Of a DNA stretch of 64,000 nt, positions 36,274 to 49,668 are shown piece by piece. The stretch is from Oikopleura dioica. Taxonomy: Eukaryota > Animalia > Chordata. The stretch spans positions 5,332,001 through 5,396,000 of the forward strand of contig OU015569.1 of NCBI GenBank assembly GCA_907165135.1. Reading direction: 5' to 3'. The notes beneath the pieces were generated by a model. That model had not been told where the DNA came from. It saw only the letters and a list, made by a program, of their open reading frames with translations, and made no database searches. Position numbers and translations under genes: made by a program. Position 1 is the stretch's first letter. The number at the start of each line of letters is the position of its first letter.

Positions 36274-39045
36274 AAAGCCCGATGACTTGGCGATGGTTGA
36301 ACTCGCTGTACGCTCGTAATGGAGACACAGAGGTATCCAAACTACGCACGCGTTTCAGTGAAGAGCGTTCACGGGTCTGGTGGCTCGCACAGAAATTTCA
36401 TCGCCGATCTAGAATTACTTTTATTTCTAAAATCCAAGACTTTGAGAGTACTATCACTCAGAGAAGGGAGCGCTAAAATAAAATCTATTTAGAAAAATTA
36501 ATCCGCTCAAAAAGTGACTCACGCAAGGTTTTGAAAATGTCGTCCTTAGTTTTGTGTGATATTGAGCGATTCTCCGATTCCCTGACAATCGATTTCTGAA
36601 AAAAAGGAATTCTCTATTAGGCTAGATACGGGCGCGCGGGCGTTTCTGGCGAAATTTTCAAGGGAAACACAGCTGAGGCTACTACCAGATACAGTTAAGA
36701 AAAAGCACAGAAAATTAAAAAAAAATAAACAATCATAGCAGCATTACGCCTGCGGGGGCAGCTCACAGTGTCAAGTTCCCACATTTAACCGTAGCGGCGC
36801 TGTTGCTCTCCGATCTACAGCCATCACTTCTACTCGTACGAAAAAAATCTTCAAAAGAATTCACACCTGCACCTTCTTAGGGTTACTATTCCTACCCACG
36901 CCATACAAATCGATTCTAATGCGCGACGTCTTTAGAATACATCCCAGTATAGTGCCCCTGTCTTGAGCAGTCCCTCTCTTCCATAAATTAATCCCTTTCC
37001 CGAGACAATTTTAAAATTAGTACTATAATAATATGATTTATCCCGTGATTCGACAAATAACGAGAATAGTATTTTTAACTTTCCGACTCGATTTTTCAAA
37101 ACAAAAATTTGATAAATAAAACATGTTACGCATTAAAAGAAAATTGATCGTTATTTCTTAGCGTGTCTGATAGCAGTCGTATTTTTTCTTTCTCTGCTAG
37201 AATAAAACGCATATTGTAGTGGCTTGGAGCGTAGTAATTCGGAATCTGCAAATATTTACGGCCTTGTTGAATCACTTTCCAAGCAGCTCGAAAGGCATTA
37301 ATCAGTTTTTCACTCTTTTTAATCGTAAAATCACAATCCAGCGCACAGTTTGACCTAGTAACCCACACACTACAAGCCAGAAAAGTAAAAGCATCAAAAC
37401 AAGATGGCTTTTTCGTTTTTATTCTTCGAAGCCGAGCGCAACTCAAAAAACAACAAAAAGATGAACGCCGGTGAGAAGACTCTTTGAGCTTGAATTTGAA
37501 ATTCTAATTGACAATGCTAGTACGTGATATTAATTAGACCAAGGATGATCTTCGCTCAATTTAATTTTGTGAAAAAGTTCAAGTCGAACTTTGATAATTG
37601 TAATTTTCGTTAAGATGAGTTTAGCGCTTTTTTCCGAGTAATAGACGGTTGGAATGAACGAAAACGCTATTAATGCTAGATCAGATTATTAATTAAGAAA
37701 TTAGGTGAACCTAAGCCAAGTTTTCTTTTTGAAAGTCGTATGAAATTTTCGATTTTCGTGCAACGTTATCTAAAGCTAGAAAAAGGTTGACTTTTCGAAC
37801 GTGTGGATCTGACAGTTCCCCAGTCTGTAATCGATTCGCGCGTCTAATTGGCTACGACAACTGCGAACTGGACAGCTGATTGGGCAACTCGGGCGGATCA
37901 TCCAGGCACGTCCGACTCAGCTCCCAAGAACACGCTCGTATCTCCACACACGCCACAATAAAAGCTCCAACAACGGAAAACTCAACTCAACACCAATCTA
38001 ACTTTCACTCCTTGCAATTTACAAATAAACCCAAATCAAGCTAAGTCTGACTTAAGAAAAACATTGCTAATCTGAAGCGAACCTTTTCGCTAATAAAGTT
38101 GATATAATTACAGTTGGAACTTTATCTCCAAAACCTTTTTAATAAAAGAACCAAGAATTATTTCAAATTAAAGCTCGAAAATAGAATAAACTCATCAAGT
38201 TCGTCAGAATTGCTGAAGAATAAACATAACGTTTTCTGAAACTTCAAAAATAGCGCCAGATCTTTATTACAACGACTTCATCGACGTAGGTCCTCCTTTT
38301 TATACAAAATAAAGGCCAATAATATAAAAAAAATGAAGAAGAAAAATTCTGAGATTGATGAAGCCACCGGGCGATCGGTAGTAAGACATTAGGGCTGGCT
38401 CGTGTGAGAGCGGGACTAACCTAAAAATTGACGAAGTTGGATGTTTTCGGGGGTTTTAGTCTCTCCTTCGATTGTCCGAGGGTTGTGTTTTCTCTTCTCC
38501 GGAAGTTGATTTTAATAATGGTAATAGCCGCCGGTTGAGCTCGGGAAGGATTCTCGAATTTTACGAAACCCGTCTTGGTACTCCGCCCCGCGGCAAGGCC
38601 GACTTCAAGGCGCTCTAAATCAGCTTCGATTTTTCGACATTCTAGTGCCGAATACAAAACCTCTCCAATGCCAAAATACATGTACTCCTTTGCTAACCCC
38701 TCTACTAATCACAGTTTCATCAGCTGGATAAGCGGCCTCTACCATCAGCAGAAATAAATATTATCAGAAAGTTTGACTCTCAACTCGACTTCCGTTTTCA
38801 GCAGAAGCTTCCATTGTTGTTATTTTTACCACAATATAATTCCATTTCCTTCATAAAAAATTGGGTAAACCCTAACCCAACCCTGGAAAGACGCAAGAGT
38901 TGAAAAACAATCAAATAAAGAATTACGAGTTTCCTAAGTAAAACTCTTCCACCAGATTGAACCAATAAGCGCTGCTCCTTGAAGTGTCCTCCGGCTCCCT
39001 CGGATAACGCTGTGCATGATAAAATTAGAGAAGTACGAATAGATT

Positions 39046-40287
39046 ATGAAGAGCCAAACGTTTTTATGTATTGTCGGTGCTGGGCTTGTTTCTATTTTTT
39101 TCTTCTCACTTTCCTCATTTTCCAATCGCGCACAGGCACCGGATAACATTTTTCTTTTATTGCTTTATTTTCCGAAAGGAGAGATTAGACATTTTTTGAC
39201 TTCCGGGCAGGGTGAAGATGATTGTTCAAGTTCGACTACATCAAAGCCTCTATATGGCTTCATTCTTTCTACGATGGCGGGAATGATGACTTTTCTTGGC
39301 GCAATGACTGTCTATTTTCCTATTCCAAAGCAGCACATGCGGCTGACGTCTTGTTTCTGTCTAGCTTCAGCCTCCGGAGTGATGGCATTTGTTTCCCTCG
39401 TGGAGGTGTTCCACGAAGCAAAAGAACACTTTGAGGAGGTTTACAAAGGCGACTGGGGACTAATCTACGCTTGCCTCTCTTTCTTCGTTGGGTGGGGCGT
39501 TGCTCTCGCCATGGACCACCTGCTTCATAAATACCTGGATCCTGAAGTGGACAACTCTTGTCCAAGTGCCTTTCTCGAAAAAGGGCATCCCGAAAATGAA
39601 GAAGAAATGGCCCAACGACGGTTCGAAGCTGATACATTCAGACTTATGCGAGTTGGCTGGTTCACTGCTTTAGCCCTCACTGTTCACAACATTCCGGAAG
39701 GTCTACTTACGTATGTATCTGCTCAGGTAAACAATGAAAAATAGTTAAAAGGGATTATCTTTAAGTCTGCAAATCCAACGATCGGCTTAGGAATCGCGGT
39801 TGCCATTGGCATGCACAATATTCCGGAAGGCTTCGCAGTAGCGTTTCCCATCATGATTGCGACTGGAAGTAAACTCAAGGTAATAACAGTCCACAAACAA
39901 GCAGCTCATATTATTAGGGAATGTGTTACGCAGCAATTACTGGATTTGCCGAGCCCCTCGGTGCTCTGATAGGTTATCTATTTATTAACCTAAGCGATGA
40001 AAGTTCAAATCACAAAATATTCGGATGGTTATTTGGAATAACAGCTGGAATAATGACCCAAGTTTCAATTTCTTCACTTCTTTTAGAAGCTGCTAGATAC
40101 GACCCAGGTTAGATAATCGTTTATAAAATCAAATAATCATCGAATTTAAGGGGATAAAATTGTTTCTCGAGCGTGGGTATTCGGTGCTATTGTGATTGCC
40201 CTGTCCCTTGTGGTTATTCAAGTTACAGACAAATGCTCAGATAGAGAGGCCGAGTTCTGCTCAAAGTGGCAATCGATATGCAACTGA
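39046..40287 (+). CDS. ZIP11/ZupT-type zinc transporter
   Basis: ASGVMAFVS, ALALTVHNIPEGL, AIGMHNIPEGFAV, GFAEPLGA and AGIMT motifs; start uncertain. Confidence 0.85.
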
Positions 40288-40399
40288 TTCTCTTTAGATA
40301 GACTATTCTTGAAAATATATTATATATCAATAATAATATCATATATCTCCCAGCAAAGTTTCCAATGCAAAGTTTCCAATGCAAGTCAATGTTTATTCG

Positions 40400-41202
40400 T
40401 TAATTCCAGTTGAGAATCTGAGGTAGTCGACAGAAAAACTCGATGAAGTCAATCACACCGTCGCGGTTACGATCGGCAATGTTGAAGATCTCTGAGACTT
40501 TCTCGTCGGTATCCGCGTCTGATCGATCAGAGTCTTTGAGTGATTGAAGGAAATCAGCTCGGGTAATCGCTCCAGAGTTGTCTTAAGATGAAAATGCAGA
40601 TCTTGGAGACATGGAAGAGACTTGACTTACTGACGTCGTATTTGTTGTAGAACTTATGTGTATTGAACCAAAACTTGACGAATTCCTCCTCGTTGTAAAA
40701 GCCAGGGCGCATAAGCTTTCCTTTGGCGTCAAACTTCTTTGTAAACTTAGCCAAAGTGCGCGCGAAATCGTGCTGGGTTCCGTCGTGAGCGCGTATCAAT
40801 CCAACAGAGCAGAAATGCTCGACTATGTTCTGTGGAGAAATATGGAGTGGGTCCATGCTGAGACCGGCGATTGTATCGAAGAGAACTCGAAACTCAGTTA
40901 TCGCGTCTAGGTTTATCCTTAATATAATTAATGGTTACTACACAGACCTTTTTCAGAAGTGTGGACAGGGTCATCAGTGCCGAGCATAAAAACTATCATT
41001 TTCTCGCAAGCTGGAAACTTTCTACCACTTCGCCGCGTGCTTGACTAACGGGCCAAACTAACAAATCAAACTTTCCTATCAAGACCAGCGTAAACAAATG
41101 CGCGTGATTTATAAGGGCAAATGCGTTTTCATTTCCGAGATTATTATATCCCGAATGTGGTAACCCCGAATACGGTTTCTTATCAACCTCGAAGATTTTC
41201 AT
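40400..41202 (-). CDS. EF-hand calcium-binding protein
   Basis: C-terminal EF loops DNSGAITRADF and DRNRDGVIDFIEF; 5' exons uncertain. Confidence 0.6.
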
Positions 41203-41304
41203 ATAAAGGATTTATTCCTGATAAATTGATGCTCACAATCGAATCTCTTAACTGTAGTTATTGTTGATATCAGAGACAAGTTTTGGAGGATTTCCCTTTA
41301 TTTG

Positions 41305-41743
41305 GGCTGCTACTATTTTCTGGAGTTTGAAAAATTTGGAGTAAAATTTCTGTAGTCAATTTTCATTTTAATTTTAAAACTGGAGATTTTTTTTTCTGGA
41401 CCTGTTTCCCAAAAAATTTCGTCGATTCCATTTGGACCAAAAATTACACCTTGTTCAAGCCCATTTTTAAGGGTGTTAAGGGCCTCCCGGCCCCCTAAAA
41501 CCCTGATGAAAACCTGGCTCGGGGCCCGGGCTTTCGTTTGCCCCAGTCAGATACCCTTAATTATTACACTAACACCCTTAAAAATCGATCTGAACAAGGT
41601 GCTATTTTTGGTCCAAATGGAATCGATGAAATTTTTTGAGAAACAGGTCCAGAAAAAAAAATCTCCAGTTTTAAAATTAAAATGAAAATTGACTACAGAA
41701 ATTTTACTCCAAATTTTTCAAACTCCAGAAAATAGTAGTTGCC
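41305..41743. mobile_element. 439-bp foldback/MITE with about 175-bp inverted arms
   Basis: GGCTGCTACTATTTTCTGGAGTTTG.. mirrored by ..CAAACTCCAGAAAATAGTAGTTGCC; 7-bp direct repeat TTATTTG on both flanks (41298-41304, 41744-41750). Confidence 0.85.
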
Positions 41744-41858
41744 TTATTTGTCAAAGAAATGGGTCGGCAACCTGTGCAGAAATCCTGAGTCAGTGTCCTT
41801 AAAGATGCGAAAAAGAGCTTAGAAAATCTGCACAAATCATGACAGAGTGATATTAGTT

Positions 41859-42565
41859 TTACATTCCAGGTTCGTCGTAATCCATGTCTTCGTGCTCCGT
41901 GACGAGTTCAATAAATTGTCGTTCCTCTTCATCCCATTCCATGCCCACACGCCTTTGAATCGAAGGTAAAATTTATCATTCGCGCTATAACTTACTCTAG
42001 ATGGCTTGTCATGTATTTCTGGATATCTTCATGAATGTCATGAATGTTGAATCCGTGGCTCGCCCCAAGCAATTGGACGACACTGAAGCCCATTGTTGGA
42101 AGACGCCACCAGTACGAAGGGTCCAAGTTCAACTCGACGCAGATCTCTGCTAGTAATCGACCGAGGCGTTCTAAATTGAGGTGTGTCTTCTCGTGACTTC
42201 TGATCAGTGAAGTGACTGCTTTGTCGGATGTGACTCGTCCTCCCATCCCAAGGAAGATCTAAGAGAATAATTAGAGAAAAACTAAAATAAATGATGTTTA
42301 CCTTATCTCTATTAGGCTTATCAAGGCAAGACGGGTGATCGCAGAATACATAGGGTGTCGGAGTTCCATCGGGCAGCAGAATTCTGTAGATGTTGAACTC
42401 GGTTGAGAAGACGTGATCGACTTTGATATGGCCGACTGCTGCGGGATCATCGTCTAAGGCTTCGAGAATCAGTTCCTTCACAGACAATGTTGCTATCGCT
42501 TTGAGGGATAGTGGCTGTTTTGGTGGTGATCTGTTTGCTTCCGAGAATTTTCGTTTTCGACTCAT
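41859..42565 (-). CDS. 206-aa, 3-exon protein resembling the BED zinc finger plus Hermes-type DNA-binding/dimerisation region of a hAT transposase, without catalytic domain
   Basis: Exons 42565-42302, 42258-41996 and 41952-41859 splice in frame through GT-AG introns; YVFCDHPSC..LIRSHEKTH (C2H2 BED-like) and LLAEICVELNLDPS..QLLGASHG. Confidence 0.6.
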
Positions 42566-43187
42566 TTTGTAAATTTGGTTCAAACTGACCGCTTATAAGC
42601 ATGAGAATCCAACAGAGGGCGCTCTTGCTATCAGGTGGATAATCTTTGAAGCAGTAGCCCGCTGCGTTGATCAGATAGGTTTTGCGTTCTAGTCCGTTTT
42701 GGGGCGTGAGCTTGACACAGTGATTAGCAGAATATCCTGGATAGTCTATCCACGATAGTTGGTTGCGTTCGAAACTAAGACAGTGCCACAGATGGATTAA
42801 TAGCAATCATATGATCCGATCAAAGGAAATCAATTCGGGACCCAAACTTTCGGTAGTTCAACTTGCTTTTAAATTTAAAAGAACCTTGATTCATGATTAT
42901 TCAATAAGTAAAATAGCGATTTATGAACCATCCTGCCTCCACTTCATGCCAGACTGTACAGTACAGTATAAGTCGTATCTTCTTGTAAATACAAAAACAA
43001 CCTTCAACGAAATCCACGATATTTAAAGAAACGATTGCACTCATTTTGTACCAAATGGCAACAGATAGAGCGATGAACAGAAACGGAAAGGTGAGTAACT
43101 TATTCGTGTTTTTTTTAATAAGCGACTTTCCAGAGAAGTTATAGAAAGAATTAAATATATTGCGCTATTTTATGGACTGGGTCAGAT

Positions 43188-43259
43188 GGTCCTATGGTGT
43201 AATGGCTATCACTGTGGACTTTGAATCCACCAATCCGAGTTCGAATCTCGGTAGGACCT
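43188..43259 (+). tRNA. tRNA-Gln (anticodon TTG)
   Basis: Acceptor stem GGTCCTA/TAGGACC, anticodon arm GTGGA-CTTTGAA-TCCAC, T-loop GTTCGAATC, T-run terminator just downstream. Confidence 0.97.
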
Positions 43260-44288
43260 CTCTTTTTCTTCGCGGTGTAGGTCGCCCAATCATCATCTGC
43301 GGCGCATTTTTTTCAACTGAGAAACTAAAACTCGCCTTTTCGATGCTTCTTCTGTTTTGTCTTTCTGAGCAGCCAGCCGAGAAAAGTTAATAGCTCGCCG
43401 GGCAGCCGTAGAGATATCCAATTGGTCGAGAAAAAACGATTTCGAAACCGAAAAATGTGCCAAAATACAATTTTAGTGAATCTCAGCTTTTTTGCTTTAT
43501 AACTGCCGACTTCAGCTTCATTCAAAGTCATCTTTCATGTGTTCATTTATTTTCTTTCAAAAGGGACAAGGGAAATCAGAAATAAAGAGAGAACTAATCT
43601 ATAGTAGATTGATTTTTGCATATTCGATCAAATCTAGAATCAATCTCAAAAAGGAGAGTTTACAGTCGTTTCCGAAGAGTTTCTAGATCGAAAGAGCGCC
43701 CAGTGATGTACCTATTTTTTCGTGTTCATTCTTTAAATAAGCAAGACGACCATGAATCCATTCGAAATGAACAACACGAAGGTACTGTCAACATTTTTAC
43801 TATTGTCGATTGATTAAATTAATAATTGCCGTCTATTCACCAAGCGAGTAGTAAATTATTCACGCCAAGAATAAAAGATCACTCACGGTTTTCGTAAAGT
43901 TATTCTTGTCGATTTGATATACACGCGATTCGCGAACGATTTTCTTTTGTAGTCAATCATAAAAGGTCAAACCTTTCTTTGATCCACCAAAGTAGCTCCC
44001 ATTGTATTTTTTAATGCGCCGTTCATACCCTAGCGCGAATTTTGACAGACTTAGAAAGAGAGAAACATATTGAGAGAGAGAGTCTACTGTGTTTTTTTCA
44101 CATGCTGCTGCGAAGTTTTTCGATTAAAAAATTTTGAATTTTCTAATTCAGTCTATTTGTTCAAATATTTGCTCTTGCGCGCTGCTGTGGCCATTTTTAT
44201 TTCTGAATCACTCTCATTGACATAGAGCCGGGCTAAGACCGAGTAAGTTTAGAAAGAGAGCCAAGCCGACCTCCAAAACACATCCAAA

Positions 44289-45467
<1,179 letters not shown>

Positions 45468-46079
45468 AAACAGCAACGCTCTGAAACCCTCTTCTTATTC
45501 GTCTCAACCTTTTCTTTCACTCTGCCTTCGCACGAATACATATTTCAATTCTCACGAAACATACAAAAATTAAATTGTGCCTGTTGAACTTCGCTCACTC
45601 TTTTGCACGTTTTTTCGATAATCAAAAAAATAAAATACGAATTTCTTAAAAACTCTCATTACATAACTTCAAATTGTAGTCTTGATGATTGTCATTAATG
45701 AAATAATAAAGCAGTACGTTCCAAAATGCATCAGTAAATCAGTACGGTCGCTTCTAGAGTGAATGCACGCGCATAGGAGGCGGGGAGGGGATTCAAGGAA
45801 GCCAACTTATTCTATCAATCACTCAGCCGGTAGCAGCGCGTTTACATCTTCGGCAACTCCTGCCTGGGCTAAATCTGAGCCTACCTCTGTTAATCCTGAA
45901 TTACAGGTACGCCTTAATTCGAACGTACAAAATTGCATCGCTGAGCCGCGTGCTGCTCTTCTAAAATTTTAAAATGGCTTTCTTTTTCAAATTCTGCTGC
46001 TTGATTAAAATGTGTTGCAAATATGATTACTTATACTATTTTGTCATTTGCCTAGAATCGTCCTGTTCTCCCCGAGGAT

Positions 46080-47130
46080 ATGAGCAAAGATCGGACGAAT
46101 GAGTTCCTGTCGATTTGTCGATCGATGGGGACGAACGCCATGGCAGGCAAGGGCGCTGGTCGAAACCGTCAACGATCGCAAATTGCGGCGCGGTGCAAGG
46201 CAGTCGGCAAAGACATCACCAACACATGGGACAAACTAGGAAGATTAACACAGCTTTGCAAGAGTACCACGCTCTTCAATGACAAGCCCGTCGAAATTCA
46301 AGAACTCACTTATATCATCAAACAAGACATGGACCAAATGAGGTATTCAATCGTTTTTTGAACGCTGTGTGGTAGACACACGTTTTAGACAGTCACTGGC
46401 TGAGTTGGACAGAATGCAATCTGGAACGCCCAACTCGAAAGACGGGGAAAAACATAACAAATCCATGGTAGCCGTTTTGCCTTTGCTATTTATTATTTTG
46501 AATAATTAGGTCCGGAGCTTGCAAACGAAATTGGCCGCAATGAGTAGCAATTTTAAATCGACTCTCGAGGCGCGGCGAGAAAACATGAAAGCACAGAGCG
46601 ATAGGAGAAGTCAATTCTCCGGAAAGGGCATTCCTGGAGACTCGCAAAGCAGCTTTATGCGTTCCACCGTCCTGTTCAATGACGACCAAAGAGCACAGAA
46701 TAACGATTCCAGTTTGATTCCTCTCAATCAGCAATTTCAAGGTCCATTTTTTCTCATCAAACGCTCTTTTAACTGGATTTAGGACAAATGTATGAAGAGC
46801 AAGATCAGTATTTACAAGATCGATCGAAAGCGATGGAACAAGTCGAATCAACCATCGTCGAGCTGGGAGATATGTTCGTTCAGTTAGCTGGAATGGTGAA
46901 AGGTAACGATTCTATGGCTCGGCTCGTACGTAAATTGTGTCTTTTTAGCGCAAGAAGAAACCATCATGAGAATAGACTCGAACGTCGAGGAGTCGGAGAT
47001 GAACATCGAGTCTGCGCATACCGAGCTCCTAAAGTACTTCCGTTCCGTAACATCGAACCGCTGGCTAATGGTCAAGGTCTTCGCCACTATGATCATTTTC
47101 TTCATCGTTTTCGTTATTTTCTTTGCCTAA
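46080..47130 (+). CDS. STX5: Syntaxin-5
   Basis: DRTNEF start, TLFNDKPVEIQELTYIIKQD, SNARE motif ESTIVELG..RIDSNVE..ELLKYF..SNRWL, C-terminal TM helix. Confidence 0.93.
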
Positions 47131-47330
47131 AATTTCAACAAGCCGTTATTCAATTCATACTTATTAAGATAATACAAATTTAAAGGCCGTTTCGGGCCAC
47201 CTAAGTCCGTTAGAATATTAAAAGTTCCTCCAGTGCAATAATCCCTCATATTATATAAAACTTTAATAGGTGAAATCTGTACACATTGAATTCATATATC
47301 TAACGATCGCTTTTTATAGATTCTGGTGAC

Positions 47331-49285
47331 ATGGCTGTCGAATCGGACGAAACGGATTCCAGAGGAAGGGCGCAATATGCGATCAGGCACGTTTGAAAAA
47401 AGATTTTTGATGTTCTAAAGAATAAACTTTTAAAACTTTCGCTAGGGATGCGCCAGACGAGAATGAAGCTCGTTTTTCTGTTGAAGAAGCTGTCGAAAAA
47501 GCTGGTTTTGGTCGATTTCAGTGGAGATTGAGTATCTTAACTGGCATGGCATGGATGGCAGACGCTATGGAGCTCATGATTCTATCAATAATCGCGCCGG
47601 CTCTTCGTTGTGAGTGGAAGTTAGACTCGTGGAAGGAAGCTTTGGTTTCGACTGTGGTTTTTGTAGGAATGATGTGTTCAAGCGCTTTTTGGGGAAAACT
47701 TTGCGATCGACACGGGTAAGACATAAAAATTCGTCGCTTGAGATTATGTTTCTTCTGTCAGACGGCGCTCAGGATTGGTATTAGCGGTTGCATTTGTCTC
47801 ATATGTTGGAGTTTTGTCGGCTTTCGCACCAACCTATCCGTGGATTTTGATTCTTCGAGGCTGTGTCGGGTTTGGAGTCGGCGGGGTGCCTCAATCTGTT
47901 ACAGTAAGCATCCTTTGCTCGTTTTAGTTTGAATCAAGCTTCAATTAGTTATACTCCGAATTCCTGCCGAAGAAAGCAAGAGGGAGGTGTATAATGATGA
48001 TCGAAGTATTTTGGGCGATTGGCACTTGTGTGGAAGTTATCCTCGGTAAGATGGTAATTCTGTCTTTGTCTAACAGTTTGATTCTAGCGATTCTGATAAT
48101 GCCAAAGTACGGTTGGCGTGCTTTGTTAGGAGTTAGCGCGATTCCACTGATTCTTTTTACAATTTCCTGCAGATGGCTTCCTGAATCGCCCCGATACCAC
48201 ATGCTTTCTGGAAATCCGGATAAGGCGCTGCTTGTATGTTCTTTTTTGAACTGGACAAATTCCAATGACCTTTTTAGACGCTTGAGTCTGTTTGCAAGAC
48301 GAACGGAAAGCAGCTTCCTAAAGGAAGGCTCCTTACGACTGGATCTGTTGAATCTCGCGGAAGCATAAGCGACTTGCTTAGCCCGCAAATGAAGAATACG
48401 ACTCTTCTTTTGTGGCTCATTTGGTTCGCATGCGCTTTTAGTTATTATGGAATCGTCTTGATGACAACGGAAATTCTTCAAGAACTCAAGGAAGGAACTT
48501 GTGACGCAAAGGATCAGTGCAGTTTTAATTGCCGCGATTTAGACACGGTAATGTCCAGAAAAATTAATTTCGCTAACATCTTTTCAGGGTGATTATATCG
48601 AACTTTTGTGGACTACTCTTGCAGAATTTCCCGGATTAATCGTTACTCTTCTCATCCTTGAGTATGTGGGCAGAAAAGCCACGCTTGCAGTTACGATTTT
48701 TGGCTTCGCTATCTTCACATTTATAACCCCGCATGCCACATCAGAGAAAGCCACTATTTTTTGTCTATTTGCTGCCCGCGCTTTCATATCTGGCTCATTC
48801 CAAGCGGCATATGTTTATACACCAGAAGTATACCCTACATCAATGCGTGCGGTTGGGCTAGGAACATGCAGGTATGTGCTCTCAATCTTAAAGCTTTTTC
48901 CAACTTGTATTAGCGGCTTTGCAAGAGTTGGTGCTCTTATAACGCCTTTCATCGCGCAAGTTCTCATCCGGCAGAGTCAAGTCGCCGCTGCATCTACATA
49001 TGGCATCGTGGCTTTGTTTAGGTTCAAAACTGAGACACAGAAAACTCCCGTTTATTAAATTTCCGCTTAAAAAGTAAATTTATAAATACTATAAAGCGTC
49101 TTTTTACTGACAGAAGTTGAACCTTCGTGAAGGTAGCCTCTCTTGCCTCCATCCTGTTACCGATTGAAACGAAGGGCCGTGACCTAAAGGATGTTACCTC
49201 CACACAGAAAAATAAATCTCAGAAACGCCCCGAACCTCCGGCTGAATTTGAAAATCCTATCTCGTTTGATCAGTCCGCTAACTGA
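47331..49285 (+). CDS. SVOP: SV2-related MFS protein
   Basis: [47 protein letters not shown] and LPIETKGR motifs. Confidence 0.92.
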
Positions 49286-49668
49286 ACCAGCTATTCCCAT
49301 TTTATCGCCATATTAAGTTATTTAATTATCCGCAATGTTTTTTGCTAAACAGCATGCAAGCTTGAAAATCTCGTTTAGCGAAATATTTACCATTATTGCT
49401 TCTTGTCTACTTTTCTTCATTCATTTCGAACTTTGTTTCCGGCTATTTTTATCCTTTTTATATATCAATGCAGTTTCTTCATTCCTATTTTTTAGCCAAA
49501 GTACCTTTTGTCTGTGCAATCGTCATAATTGTATGAATTTTATCATTTCTGTTACACAAACACCAGCCCCACTTATATATTTAAACGAAGTAAATCTTAA
49601 CATCAACTGTTATAACATATTCTAATGCGTTTTTGTTCAGTGGGGATTGGAGTGGGCGGTACTCCACT

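Noticed and set aside
36370-38830. Exon-like segments upstream of MED13 (36370-36600, 38421-38681) and a CGVCGD string near 37960
   Set aside because: They may belong to an unannotated gene, but no coherent model emerged. CGVCGD is followed by a stop and lacks the rest of a nuclear-receptor zinc finger.
40353-40385. 14-bp tandem duplication GCAAAGTTTCCAAT between convergent 3' ends
   Set aside because: Two copies only; ordinary slippage.
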